Assembly: GCA_041494685.1 (NCBI GenBank)
Contig: JBGQBE010000001.1
Location: forward strand, 1-64,000
Length of the DNA: 64,000 nt
From: Dehalococcoidia bacterium
GTDB lineage: Bacteria; Chloroflexota; Dehalococcoidia; DSTF01; JACRBR01
Reading direction: 5' to 3'
Shown piece by piece: positions 30,088-40,095 of the stretch; position 1 is the first letter of the stretch; each line of letters opens with the position of its first letter. Under the pieces are notes generated by a model. That model made no database searches. It was not told the DNA's origin and saw only the letters and a program-made list of their open reading frames with translations. The position numbers and the translations under genes are program-made.

Positions 30088-30996
30088 TCATCGGCTTCGA
30101 TCCTGCGGCAGCACGACGAAGTCCACGCTCCCTCCGATGCCCGGGCAGTAGATCGTGAACCCCCGGGCCGTCTTGTTCGTCACGACAGGGCTGCACCAGC
30201 GATCCACCGGCGTCACCAGGACGGCATAGTCGGGGCTGGAGAGTCTCCTGGCGAAGTGCACGACCACACCCGACGTTGGTGCCTGCGGCGGCGACACGGC
30301 GCCGAAGTCGATCGTCCCAGCAAATCCGAGCAACGCCTGGGACTTGAACTTGACGGTGGTCTCGATCGGTGGGCCCTGCGGCGTTGCCGTCGCGGTGGGG
30401 ATCGGCGTTGCCGTGCCCGTGGCCGTCGGCACGACAGGCGTGCTTGTGCCAGGGGCGCAGTCACCGCCGTTCACGGAGATCTCCACGTCCACCGCGCCGT
30501 ACGCGTTGGCCTGCTGGATCGAGTCCGGGTCAACGGTGGACGAGCCATTGCTCGAGTCGCCGTTGTCCGGGGGGCCGTAACTGACCAAGTGGACGCCGGC
30601 GCACGCCGGGCTCGCGGTCGCCGGCGCAAAGTCGGCTGTCGCGAGGGTGCCGGTCGCGGTCGTGCCGCCGGTCAGGAACATGCAGTTGAAGACCATCGTT
30701 CCGGGCGCCGCCTGGTACACGCAGGGCGGCGCACCACCCGTTTGGTTCGACGCGCCCAGGAACGCGAGCAATCCCGGATCGTACGCCAGGCTCATAGTGT
30801 AGCCCCCATACGGATCGAAACCCGACCCCGAGGCCACCATACTGACGCTGAGGCCCGAGGCGCTTACCGAAAGCGTGGGGCCCGTCCCCTGCGCGCTTCC
30901 CGTCCGCACGCGGGCCACAGCCGCGCCAACCGCAAGGCCCACGGCGCTGACGAACAGCAGGAACACAAGGACGAATCGAGTGTGGCTCTTGAGCAT
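30088..30996 (-). CDS. Secreted protein with cohesin-like domain and Pro/Thr linker
   Basis: GGAGG RBS, signal peptide, LAYDPGLL, PTATGTATP linker. Confidence 0.7.
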   Translation of the reverse strand: MLKSHTRFVLVFLLFVSAVGLAVGAAVARVRTGSAQGTGPTLSVSASGLSVSMVASGSGFDPYGGYTMSLAYDPGLLAFLGASNQTGGAPPCVYQAAPGTMVFNCMFLTGGTTATGTLATADFAPATASPACAGVHLVSYGPPDNGDSSNGSSTVDPDSIQQANAYGAVDVEISVNGGDCAPGTSTPVVPTATGTATPIPTATATPQGPPIETTVKFKSQALLGFAGTIDFGAVSPPQAPTSGVVVHFARRLSSPDYAVLVTPVDRWCSPVVTNKTARGFTIYCPGIGGSVDFVVLPQDRSR

Positions 30997-31385
30997 GACA
31001 TCACCTCCGTAACCGGTGCTGAAAACGTGCGCGTGTTATCGAGGGAGGACAGCAATCTTCGATCGCCGCGCCGGCACCCTACCATCGTGCGCCTCCGCGC
31101 CAACCGTGTTCAGAGCCGGACGGCGGTTCTCGCCGCCGCATGCCGGTTCTCGGACTTCCCTGTGGCTCGAATCGAAGGGACAGTTCGCCCCTTCCCAGAC
31201 GGTGCCGAATGCGGCGCGGCGTCGGTACTTCGTGGCGATGCCGAAGCTGCGCCGCAGCGAGCCGAAGCTGGCTCATGGCAGGCTGATCGGCAGGTATCCA
31301 ACGACGGTTCACGTGCGTCAGTCGGCTCAGCCCCTGGGCACCCCACCGAATCCCGTCCCCGCGCGCCATCGCATACCCTGACGCG

Positions 31386-32132
31386 ATGGGCGAGATCACC
31401 CGTACGCACGTGAGCAAGAAGAAGCTGATGGCGCTGCTGCCCGACCCGGGCGCGCCCGGCTGGACCAGCTACGCCACGCCCGAGAGCGTGCCGCTCCCCG
31501 GCGATGCCGGCCTCGACGCGGAGACGGCAGACCGCTTCGCCGAGATCGCCGAGGCGTCGGACACGGGCAGCGTGCTCTTCGCGCGCGAGACGGACGCGAT
31601 GCTGGTGGTGCCGCCGTTCCCTGTCGAGGAGGCCGTCAGCTACTCGGAGCTGTACCCGCGCCCGCTCATCGATCTGCTGGAGCGCCGCCGCGCCGTCGCC
31701 GCGTTCCTGCTGCGCAAGGGCGGATTCACGACCGGCTTCTTCCGCGGCGGCGCGCTGGTCGACTCCAAGACCGACCGTCGCTTCGTGAAGAACCGACACC
31801 GCAAGGGCGGCCAGTCGCAGCGGCGCTTCGACCGCATCCGCGAGAAACAGGTGTACGAGCTGTTCGAGATGGCGTGCGAGGACGCGCGCGAGACGCTGGA
31901 GCCGTACGAGGAAGAGATCGAGTGGGTGCTGCTGGGCGGCGACCGCCACACGGTGCAGGACTTCCGCAAGCAGTGCCGCTACTTCGACCGCTTCGGCGCG
32001 CGCGTGCTGAGCCGCACGCTGCTCGTCCCCGGCGACCCCCGCCGCGCTTCGCTCGAGAACGCTCCGCACGAGATCTGGTCGAGCGAGATCTACGTGGCTT
32101 CGCAGACCCAGAACCGAGAACCGAGAACTTAG
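31386..32132 (+). CDS. acVLRF1-family (Vms1-like aeRF1 fold) release factor homolog
   Basis: VKNRHRKGGQSQRRFDRIRE and LGGDR, the signature of the actinobacteria/chloroflexi VLRF1 family. Confidence 0.82.
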   Translation: MGEITRTHVSKKKLMALLPDPGAPGWTSYATPESVPLPGDAGLDAETADRFAEIAEASDTGSVLFARETDAMLVVPPFPVEEAVSYSELYPRPLIDLLERRRAVAAFLLRKGGFTTGFFRGGALVDSKTDRRFVKNRHRKGGQSQRRFDRIREKQVYELFEMACEDARETLEPYEEEIEWVLLGGDRHTVQDFRKQCRYFDRFGARVLSRTLLVPGDPRRASLENAPHEIWSSEIYVASQTQNREPRT

Positions 32133-32262
32133 AACTTATTGTTCGCAGCCTTGGTTCTGGGTTCCAAGTTCTTGGTTCTGTGAAGCCCGGTTTGCGCCTG
32201 CCTTCGCAACCTGCTGCACTACCGCCAACCGGAGACCAGCAACCAGCGACCAGGAGACCAGC
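32110..32262. repeat. Heptamer arrays: inverted AGAACYN x4 pair, then about 5 ACCAGNN units
   Basis: 32110-32137 agaaccg agaaccg agaactt agaactt; the complementary array at 32152-32179; accggag accagca accagcg accagga at 32228-32262. Confidence 0.8.
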
Positions 32263-32264
32263 AG

Positions 32265-33875
32265 TTGACCGAGTACCTGTGGTGGAAGCACGGCGTCATC
32301 TACCAGATCTATCCGCGCAGCTTCCAGGACTCCGACGGTGACGGCGTCGGCGACCTGCAAGGCGTCATCGACCGCCTCGATTACCTGAACGACGGCACGC
32401 CGGACTCGCTCGGCGTGGACGCGATCTGGTTCTCGCCCACCTTCCCATCGCCGATGGCCGACTTCGGGTACGACGTCTCCGACTACGAGGACGTGCACCC
32501 CGACTTCGGCGACCTGGCGACGATGGATCGGCTGATCGACGAGGCGCACAAGCGCGGCATCCGGATCATCCTCGACTTCGTGCCGAACCACTCGTCGTCG
32601 CAACACCCGTGGTTCCTCGAGTCGCGCGCGTCGACGGACTCGCCGAAGCGCGACTGGTACGTGTGGCGCGACCCCAAGCCTGACGGCAGCCCGCCGAACA
32701 ACTGGATCGCCGCCTTCGGCGGCCCCGCGTGGGAGTGGGACCAGAAGACGCAGCAGTACTACCTGCACTCCTTCCTGGTCGAGCAGCCGGACTTGAACTG
32801 GCGCAACCCGGAGGTCGAGCAGCGCATGCACGACGTGCTGCGCTTCTGGCTGCGCCGCGGCGTCGACGGCTTCCGCATCGACGTGATGGGTCGCATCATC
32901 AAGGACCCCGAGCTGCGCGACAACCCGCCCAACCCGAACCGCCGCATGGCGACCGCGCTCGGACAGACGGCGCTGCAGCTCCACACACAGGACCAGAACT
33001 GGCCCGACACCATCGACGCGGTCCGGCGTATCCGCGGCGTGATGGACGAGTTCCCGGAGCGCATGACCGTCGGCGAGGTGTTCGGTCCGCCGGACCAGAT
33101 CGCCGCGTACTACGGGGGCGAGAAAGCCGACGGCCTCCACCTGGCGTTCAACTTCCCCTTCGTCCGCATCTGGGACCAGCGCTGGACAGCCGAGCACGTC
33201 CGCAGGCACGTGGACGCGTTCGAAGCGGCGCTGTCGTCGGATTCATGGCCGAACCACGTCTTCGGCAACCACGACGTCGACCGCCTGATCAGCCGCGTCA
33301 ACGCGGACGGCCGCGGCCAGGAGCGCGCCCGCGTCGCGGCGCTGCTGCTGCTGACGCTGCGCGGCACGCCGTTCGTCTACTACGGCGAAGAGATCGGCAT
33401 GGAGAACGGCGACGTCCCGGAGCACATGCTGCAGGATCCGGCGCGCTTCTACGCGCGCGGCCGCGACCCGGAGCGCACGCCCATGCAGTGGACGCGCGAC
33501 GGCGGCTTCACCACGGGCTCGGCCTGGCTGCCGTACGGCAACCTCGCCTGCAACGTCGAGGACGAGAGCAGCGACACCGCGTCGCTGCTCTCCTTCTACC
33601 GCCGGCTGATCTGGCTGCGCCGCTCGACGGACGCGCTGCGCTACGGCGACTACGCCGCCGTCGACGGCACGCCGCACGGCGTCTACGCCTACACGCGCAC
33701 AAGCGGCGCCGACCGCACGCTCACGGTGCTGAACTTCACGAACGATGAGATCGCCATCGACCTGCCGCGCGCGCTCCACGTCACCGAGACGCTGGCCGGC
33801 ACGCACGGCGAGCCGCCGCCGGCGCAGCACTTCACCCTCGCGGGCAACGAGGGCCGGCTCTACCGAATCGGGTGA
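32265..33875 (+). CDS. GH13 alpha-glucosidase family protein
   Basis: YQIYPRSFQDSDGDGVGDL, DFVPNH, GFRIDV, VGE, NHD; TTG start after AGGAG. Confidence 0.95.
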   Translation: MTEYLWWKHGVIYQIYPRSFQDSDGDGVGDLQGVIDRLDYLNDGTPDSLGVDAIWFSPTFPSPMADFGYDVSDYEDVHPDFGDLATMDRLIDEAHKRGIRIILDFVPNHSSSQHPWFLESRASTDSPKRDWYVWRDPKPDGSPPNNWIAAFGGPAWEWDQKTQQYYLHSFLVEQPDLNWRNPEVEQRMHDVLRFWLRRGVDGFRIDVMGRIIKDPELRDNPPNPNRRMATALGQTALQLHTQDQNWPDTIDAVRRIRGVMDEFPERMTVGEVFGPPDQIAAYYGGEKADGLHLAFNFPFVRIWDQRWTAEHVRRHVDAFEAALSSDSWPNHVFGNHDVDRLISRVNADGRGQERARVAALLLLTLRGTPFVYYGEEIGMENGDVPEHMLQDPARFYARGRDPERTPMQWTRDGGFTTGSAWLPYGNLACNVEDESSDTASLLSFYRRLIWLRRSTDALRYGDYAAVDGTPHGVYAYTRTSGADRTLTVLNFTNDEIAIDLPRALHVTETLAGTHGEPPPAQHFTLAGNEGRLYRIG

Positions 33876-33920
33876 CGAGATTGTCACCCATCTGTGTCAT
33901 CTGCGGAGAAACCGGTCCCA

Positions 33921-34691
33921 TCACAGGCTGATCGCGAGGAAGCGCTCGATCATCGCGTTGACCTGGTCCGGCACCTCCATCTGGTGGAAGTGGCCGGCTC
34001 CCGCGGTCTGCGCCAGCAGCACCTTTGGCATTGCTACCCGTAGCGCCGCCATGTCCGCGACCGGCGCGTGCGAGCCGACGTACAGCGCCGGCGCCGTGCA
34101 CGCGGACGCATCGGATGCCCAGTCGTTGCTCCAGAGGGCGCTCCACTCCGCCGCGGCCACGTGCTGCGGCGTCTCGACGGCCTTCGCGACGGTCTCCGCG
34201 CGCCGTTCGGCGTTGTCGGTCGGCATGAACATCTGCTCGAAGATCGCGCGCAGGGGCTCCGCGTAACCCGGCGAGCTGAACGCGGCGGCGAGCGGCTCCA
34301 CCATCGCGAGCAGTGCCGGCGGAGGGCAGATCGCCCCGTCGAGCATCACGATCGCCGCGGGCATTTCCGGCTGCAGCGCCGCCAGCGACAACGCGATCGC
34401 GCCGCCCATGCTGTGCCCCACGATCACCGGCTTGCGCGCGCCGATCTGGCGGCAGAGCCACGCCACGTCATCGCCGAAGCCCGCGATGCTGTAGGTGCCC
34501 TCCGGCTTGTCGCTGTCGCCGTGCCCGCGCAGGTCCAGGGCGATGCAGCGGTGCGACGGCGAGAAGTGCGCCACCTGCGCCGCGAAATGCGTGCGGTCGC
34601 AGCACCAGCCGTGCACGAAGACCATCGGCGGACCACCCGTACCCGTTTCCTCGTAGTACAGCTTCACGCCATCGCGTTCCAGGTACGGCAT
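33921..34691 (-). CDS. Alpha/beta hydrolase
   Basis: HGW, DLRGHG, GHSMGG, GAGHF; GGAGG RBS. Confidence 0.92.
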   Translation of the reverse strand: MPYLERDGVKLYYEETGTGGPPMVFVHGWCCDRTHFAAQVAHFSPSHRCIALDLRGHGDSDKPEGTYSIAGFGDDVAWLCRQIGARKPVIVGHSMGGAIALSLAALQPEMPAAIVMLDGAICPPPALLAMVEPLAAAFSSPGYAEPLRAIFEQMFMPTDNAERRAETVAKAVETPQHVAAAEWSALWSNDWASDASACTAPALYVGSHAPVADMAALRVAMPKVLLAQTAGAGHFHQMEVPDQVNAMIERFLAISL

Positions 34692-34739
34692 ATGACCTCC
34701 AGCCATGGCCAGGCGCGGCGCGCCGCGCCCCTACAACGT

Positions 34740-34814
34740 CACCAATCACCAATCACAACGCGGGGCAGGAGCGCGGCCTGCTGCGCGCGCCAGCCACCAG
34801 TCACTAATCACCAA
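34740..34814. repeat. CACYART-type heptamer tandem repeats
   Basis: caccaat caccaat cac (34740-34756); caccagt cactaat caccaag (34794-34814). Confidence 0.65.
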
Positions 34815-34824
34815 GCGACCAGCA

Positions 34825-36183
34825 CTACACTTGCTCGAAATACCGCCGACGCTCCCACTCCGTCACGGCGCGGCGGTGCTTCTCGATCTCCCAACGTCGC
34901 ATCGCCACGTAGTGGTCGATGAACGCGTCGCCCAGGAAGTCGCGAGCGACCTCGCTGCGATCGAGCAGCTCGATCGCCTGGTCGAGCGTGCGCGGCAGGG
35001 GCGGCAGACCCTCGGCCGCGTAGACGTTGCCCTGCATCGGCGCAGGCGGCGTCAGCCCGCGCTCGATGCCGCTCAGCCCGCCCGCCAGACAGGCCGCGAA
35101 GCCGAGGTACGGGTTCACGTCGGCACCCGGCACGCGGTGCTCCACGCGGATCGCCGTCGCGCCGCCAGTGATCGCGCGCAGCGCCGCCGTGCGGTTCTCG
35201 ATACCCCACGTGGCGCAGGTGGGCGCCCAGCTGCCGCTGACGTAGCGCTTGTACGAGTTCACGTTCGGCGCGTAGAGGGCGAACAGCTCCGGCATCGTCG
35301 CGAGCGCGCCCGCAACGTACGCGCGCATCGCCGCCGACATGTGGTGCGCGGCGCCAGCGTCCCAGAAAGCGCTCGCGCCGTCGCGCCAGAGGCTCTGATG
35401 GATGTGGCCGCTGCAGCCGTCCATCTGGTCCGAGTACTTGGCCATGAACGTCGGCACGCAGCCGGATTGCGCCAGCACTTCCTTCGCGCCCGACTTGAAG
35501 AGCATGCCGCGGTCCGCCGCCTCCAGCGCCGGCGCGTAGTGCAGATTCATCTCGTACATGCCTTCGCCGTGCTCGCGGCCGTAGCCCTCCACCTCGATGC
35601 CGTACGCGTCCATATAGCGGCGCAGCCCGCCGACGACGTCCTCGTCGATGCTAGCGTGGCTGATCGAGTAGCAGTTGAGGCCGGGATTCAGCGGGCGCAG
35701 GCCGGTGTAGCCCTTCGCGCGCAGCGTCTCCTGGTCCTCGCGGAACATACGGATCTCCAGCTCGACCGCCATCTTCGCCTCGAAGCCGTGGCGCGCCGCG
35801 CGATCGAGCACGCGGCGGAGCGCCGTGCGCGGGCTCTGCGGCAGCATGGCGCCGTGCTCGTCGTAGGCGTCGCAGACGACGGCGGCGGCCGCGGGCTCCC
35901 ACGGGACGACGCGGAACGTCGCCAGGTCGGGGCGCAGCAGCACGTCGGCGAAGCCGGTGTCGGCGCTGCCCACCGCCAGGTTCGCCCCCTCGATGACCTC
36001 CTCCGCGATGTCCCAGCCGAAGATGACGTCGCACTGGGCAAACCCCTCCCCTTCGCAGCCGTCAAGGAACTGCTTCGTGGAGAGGCGCTTGCCCCGGTAG
36101 ACGCCGTCCATGTCCGGCGTGCCGATCTTGACCGTCTCGATGCTGTGCGCGGCGATCAGCCGCTCGATTTCGCTACGTTCCAT
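34825..36183 (-). CDS. Glutamine synthetase family protein (gamma-glutamyl-amine ligase-like)
   Basis: GVYRGKR, ELE, EHGEGMYEMN, GCSGHIHQS, NSYKR, WGIENRT, EHRVPGADVNPY. Confidence 0.92.
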   Translation of the reverse strand: MERSEIERLIAAHSIETVKIGTPDMDGVYRGKRLSTKQFLDGCEGEGFAQCDVIFGWDIAEEVIEGANLAVGSADTGFADVLLRPDLATFRVVPWEPAAAAVVCDAYDEHGAMLPQSPRTALRRVLDRAARHGFEAKMAVELEIRMFREDQETLRAKGYTGLRPLNPGLNCYSISHASIDEDVVGGLRRYMDAYGIEVEGYGREHGEGMYEMNLHYAPALEAADRGMLFKSGAKEVLAQSGCVPTFMAKYSDQMDGCSGHIHQSLWRDGASAFWDAGAAHHMSAAMRAYVAGALATMPELFALYAPNVNSYKRYVSGSWAPTCATWGIENRTAALRAITGGATAIRVEHRVPGADVNPYLGFAACLAGGLSGIERGLTPPAPMQGNVYAAEGLPPLPRTLDQAIELLDRSEVARDFLGDAFIDHYVAMRRWEIEKHRRAVTEWERRRYFEQV

Positions 36184-36293
36184 GGCGGCGATGATACAGG
36201 AAGCGCGGGTTATGGCAACGCCCTGCCGGGCGACCCGGCAAACGGCCCTTCCGTCACAGAGCGCCGCACGCAACCATGAGTAAGGAGGGATCG

Positions 36294-36734
36294 ATGACAA
36301 ACGAGGATCAGGAACCAGTGCGGCAGCGCCCCGGCCGCACCACCAGCGGCGACATCATGGTCGCGGCGGGGACAGCGGCGCTGCTGGGGATCATCGTCCT
36401 CGCGGTGTTCCTGGTGTACCGGAGCATGACTGACAGCGGCTCGTCGCCGCACGGGTTAAGGCAGCCGCTGGTCGTCAGCACCGCGACGCACGTGGACGTC
36501 GACGTCATCGACCTCGACTTCAAGCCGGCCGTCCTGCAGATCCCCGCCGGCACGACGATCACCTTCAAGTTCACGGGCGCCGCGGCGCATAGCGTGACCG
36601 ACGACCGGGGCCGCTTCGACAGCGGCATCAAGAGCCACGGCAGCACGTGGGACTACACGTTCACGACGGCGGGGACGTACACCTACTACTGCGTCCTCCA
36701 CCACGTGATGCAGGGCAAGATCACCGTGCAGTAA
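36294..36734 (+). CDS. Membrane-anchored cupredoxin (type 1 copper protein)
   Basis: HSVT...YYCVLHHVMQG (H, C, H, M ligands); N-terminal TM helix; AAGGAGG RBS. Confidence 0.9.
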   Translation: MTNEDQEPVRQRPGRTTSGDIMVAAGTAALLGIIVLAVFLVYRSMTDSGSSPHGLRQPLVVSTATHVDVDVIDLDFKPAVLQIPAGTTITFKFTGAAAHSVTDDRGRFDSGIKSHGSTWDYTFTTAGTYTYYCVLHHVMQGKITVQ

Positions 36735-36804
36735 GTCACGCACGCGGCGGAGGGTAGGGTGCACAGCCTGCTGCGTCCGCCGCGCGCGCCCCGCACGCAA
36801 GCGG

Positions 36805-37908
36805 CTACTTCAGGATGCGGAAGTCGTCCAGGTGCGAGCCGATGTCGACGTAGAGGTCCGCGACCGTCTTCAGCTCCGCCGACGCGCTCTCGCTGAACGC
36901 GACGATCTCGACGCGCACGCCGCGGCTCGACAGGATCTCTACGAGCCGGCGGAAATCGCCGTCGCCCGACATCAGCACCACCACGTCCAGACGGTCTGAC
37001 ATCGTCAGGATGTCGATCGCCAGCTCGATGTCGAAGTTCGCCTTCATCGAGCCGTCGGCGAAGCGCTTCAACGGCTTGGTGATGATGCGGTACGGGTGCC
37101 CCACGAAGTGGTGCACGAAGCGCTGGCTCTCCAGCTTCGCCTGCGGGTCGTCACTGATCGGCGCGTAGGCGCTGGCGCGCACGAGCTGCCGCCCGCGCGT
37201 GAAGTAGTCGAGCATGCGGCCGAAGTCGAGGTTGATGTTGCGGCGCTCGGCGGCGTAGATCAGGTTCGGCACGTCGACGAAGATGCCGACGCGCTGCTGC
37301 CCGATCGCCGTTGCCGCGGCGCCGCCGGCCTGTAGCGCCGCGATCGCCGTCTGCAGCGCCTGCAGCGACGCCGTCACCTGCGACGCAAAGCTCTCCAGCA
37401 CGGCGGACTGGTGTGCCACCAGCGCCTCAAGTGAGAGCGGCTCGCCCTTCTTCGCGGACTCCTTCAACACCGGCATCGGCGTCACCTTGGCCGGTGCGGC
37501 CGGCGTCTCGGCCGCCGTCGCGGCCGTGCCCGGCTTCTTGCGGCCGCGGCCACCGCGCGTGCCGCGGCGGCGCTTCGCCGGGGTCGCGGTCCCGTCGCCG
37601 CCCTCTTCCGATGGCGACGTCGCAGGCGACGTTGCGAGCGACGTGGGCGCGGGCGCGGGCTCGCCGATCGGGGCAGCGGCGGCCTCGGCCGCCCAGTCGC
37701 GCCGGGGCGGGCGCACGGGGGCGCGGCGCGTGCGCGTCTTCTTTTCCGCGGGCTCCTCGGCAGGCGCCACCGGCGCCGCCACCTTCGCGGCCGCGCTTGC
37801 CGCGGCGGCGCTGGTGCGTGCGGGCGGCCCGGGCGGCGCCTTGGCGGGCGCCCTGCCAGTTGCTTCCTTGTCTGTGGATGTAGGCTGCTTGCGTAAGAAA
37901 CGGACCAA
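36805..37908 (-). CDS. NYN (LabA/DUF88, PIN-fold) domain protein with long disordered N-terminus
   Basis: IFVDVPN, KANFDIELAID, SGDGDF. Confidence 0.9.
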   Translation of the reverse strand: MVRFLRKQPTSTDKEATGRAPAKAPPGPPARTSAAAASAAAKVAAPVAPAEEPAEKKTRTRRAPVRPPRRDWAAEAAAAPIGEPAPAPTSLATSPATSPSEEGGDGTATPAKRRRGTRGGRGRKKPGTAATAAETPAAPAKVTPMPVLKESAKKGEPLSLEALVAHQSAVLESFASQVTASLQALQTAIAALQAGGAAATAIGQQRVGIFVDVPNLIYAAERRNINLDFGRMLDYFTRGRQLVRASAYAPISDDPQAKLESQRFVHHFVGHPYRIITKPLKRFADGSMKANFDIELAIDILTMSDRLDVVVLMSGDGDFRRLVEILSSRGVRVEIVAFSESASAELKTVADLYVDIGSHLDDFRILK

Positions 37909-37909
37909 G

Positions 37910-38962
37910 TTATGCTCCTGCGGCGAACTCTAACACACTGCACCGGGCGGCTACTTGCTTCGCCACATCCAGGAACGCACGCGCCTGCGCGCCCTCCGGC
38001 TCCGCCGCCACGATCGGGCGGCCGTCATCGGCAGCGCGGCGGGTCGCCGGGTCCAGCGGAAGCTCACCCAGGAACTCCAGCCCCAGGTCTTCCGCGGCCG
38101 AACGCGCGCCCCCGTGACCGAAGATCTCCGTGCGGTCGCCGCAGTGCGGGCAGACGAAGTAGCTCATGTTCTCGATGACGCCGAAGACCGGCACGTTCAG
38201 CTTATCGAACATCGACACGGCCTTTGCCGCATCCTCCAACGCCACGTCCTGCGGCGTGCTGACGATCACCACGCCGGAGATCGGCGCCTCCTGCGCCATG
38301 CTCATCGCCGCGTCGCTGGTGCCCGGCGGCAGGTCGATCAGCAGGTAGTCCAGTTCGCCCCACGAGATGTCGTGCAGCAGCTGCCGCACCGCCGTACCGA
38401 TCATCGGCCCGCGCCAGACGACCGGCGTGCCGCGCGGCAGCACGAAGCCGATCGAGCACACCTTCACGCCGTGCGCCTCGATCGCGCGGAGGCCGCCCGC
38501 CTCGACCTGCGACCCCTGGCCGATGCCCATCATGGTCGGCAGGTTCGGGCCGGTGATGTCGGCATCCAGCAGTCCCACGCGCGCGCCGAGCGCCGCGAGC
38601 GCGACCGCCAGGTTCGCGGCGACGGTCGACTTGCCGACACCGCCCTTGTTGCTGGCGACGGCGATGATGTTGCGCACGCCCTCAACGGGCTGCGCCCCGC
38701 CGGTGCGGTGCTGCGCGACCTGCGCCTCCATCGTCACGTTCGCCTCGGTAACGCCCGGCAGCGCCAGCAGCAGATCGCGCGCCGACGACTCGATCGTCTC
38801 ACGCACGGGGCACGCCGGCGTTGTCAGCACGATGCGCACGTTGACGGTGCCACCGTCGATCTCGGGCTTCTGCACGAAGCCCAGTGAGACGATGTCGCGG
38901 TGCAGGTCCGGATCCTCGATCTGGCTCAGCGCCGCCAGCACGTCCTGTTCGGAAACCGTCAT
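37910..38962 (-). CDS. mrp: Mrp/NBP35 (ApbC) Fe-S carrier ATPase
   Basis: TTPACP, KGGVGKST, WRGPM, DLPPGTSD, ENMSYFVCPHC. Confidence 0.95.
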   Translation of the reverse strand: MTVSEQDVLAALSQIEDPDLHRDIVSLGFVQKPEIDGGTVNVRIVLTTPACPVRETIESSARDLLLALPGVTEANVTMEAQVAQHRTGGAQPVEGVRNIIAVASNKGGVGKSTVAANLAVALAALGARVGLLDADITGPNLPTMMGIGQGSQVEAGGLRAIEAHGVKVCSIGFVLPRGTPVVWRGPMIGTAVRQLLHDISWGELDYLLIDLPPGTSDAAMSMAQEAPISGVVIVSTPQDVALEDAAKAVSMFDKLNVPVFGVIENMSYFVCPHCGDRTEIFGHGGARSAAEDLGLEFLGELPLDPATRRAADDGRPIVAAEPEGAQARAFLDVAKQVAARCSVLEFAAGA

Positions 38963-38966
38963 GAAG

Positions 38967-39626
38967 TCAGCCTCGATTCGTCGCGGACGCGGCCGCCCGG
39001 GTTGGAATGATATAGCGGCAGGACGCCACGCACCCGGAGGAATCGTCCGGGACGCGCACGTCCGTCTCCAGCACCGCCACCAGGAACGCCTCGTGCCAGG
39101 CGCAGGACCCGACCTCTCCCGCGCAGGTGCGGTACATGCACGCGAAATCACGCACCTCGAACCCGCCCGGCGCCTCGTGCCAGTCCGAGAAGCCGCCGTA
39201 GCTGCGCAGGATCGCCACCAGGCGCTCCATCTGCGTCGCCCCGGCCAGCGCCTGGATCTCGGAGCGGTGGCGCTCGGCGAGTGCCAGCGCCGCGCGCCGG
39301 ATCAGGCGGTGGCGGCGTTCGGCGGGCGTCGCATCGGCGACGTCCGCGGCGTCCGTGTGCCCCGCCTGTTCGATGAGCAACGCCAGCATGCGGTCGTACC
39401 CCACGGAGACGCTGCGGTGGCCGTCCTCGGTCAGGCGGTACACGAAGTGCGGCCGGCCGGTCGGGCGGCGCACCTCGGCGGCGGCGACGAGAGCGTCCCG
39501 CTCGAGCGCGGTCAGGTGCTGGCGGACCGTCATGGGGGCGAGGCCGAGGGCGGACGCAAGATCATCGACGGTGGAGCCGTCGGCACGCTTCAGCAGGGCG
39601 AGGATCTCGGTCTTGGTTCCGTGCAT
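38967..39626 (-). CDS. SufR-like HTH transcription regulator with Cys-rich C-terminus
   Basis: MTVRQHLTALE...GRPHFVYRLT; several C-terminal Cys residues. Confidence 0.82.
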   Translation of the reverse strand: MHGTKTEILALLKRADGSTVDDLASALGLAPMTVRQHLTALERDALVAAAEVRRPTGRPHFVYRLTEDGHRSVSVGYDRMLALLIEQAGHTDAADVADATPAERRHRLIRRAALALAERHRSEIQALAGATQMERLVAILRSYGGFSDWHEAPGGFEVRDFACMYRTCAGEVGSCAWHEAFLVAVLETDVRVPDDSSGCVASCRYIIPTRAAASATNRG

Positions 39627-39722
39627 AGGGCCCCGGCGGGCACCCGCAGTATAGCTGCCAGATTCGCCCGGGCACAGGTTACCACGATAAACGCAGTGGT
39701 TTAGGAATAAACCGTCTCTACC

Positions 39723-39752
39723 TTGACACGGTACAAAATCCTGTGCCACAAT
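39723..39752 (+). promoter_or_regulatory. Sigma70-type promoter
   Basis: TTGACA-N18-CACAAT with an extended TG element. Confidence 0.65.
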
Positions 39753-39827
39753 AGTGCACCAACCCCCGGCCTCATCCGTATGAGACGGTGAAGGCACCGG
39801 GGGAAAGGCGAAGGAAGAGAGGACGAG

Positions 39828-40070
39828 ATGAGCAGGACCGCCGTACGCGAAACAGCCGAGATTGGACCCGAGATAGCCGAAGCGCCGACGTGCGCACACC
39901 ACTGGATCATCGCCGCGCCGAACGGCGCCACCAGCCCGGGACGCTGCAAGGTCTGCGGCATGGAGAAGGAATTCCCCAACTCGGCCGAGGACGGCCTCTG
40001 GGAGCGCGACGTGCCTCAGTCCCGCTGGACCGGCCGCGCCGATTCCAACAGCTACGCCGACGGCTTCTAG
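39828..40070 (+). CDS. Small Zn-ribbon-like hypothetical protein
   Basis: CAHHWII...GRCKVCG...EFPNS; has its own RBS, promoter and terminator. Confidence 0.8.
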   Translation: MSRTAVRETAEIGPEIAEAPTCAHHWIIAAPNGATSPGRCKVCGMEKEFPNSAEDGLWERDVPQSRWTGRADSNSYADGF

Positions 40071-40095
40071 CGCGGACTCCCCCGCGCCTGAACAT

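Noticed and set aside
32110..32262. Possible CRISPR array
   Set aside because: 7-bp tandem units without spacers; no cas genes in the window.
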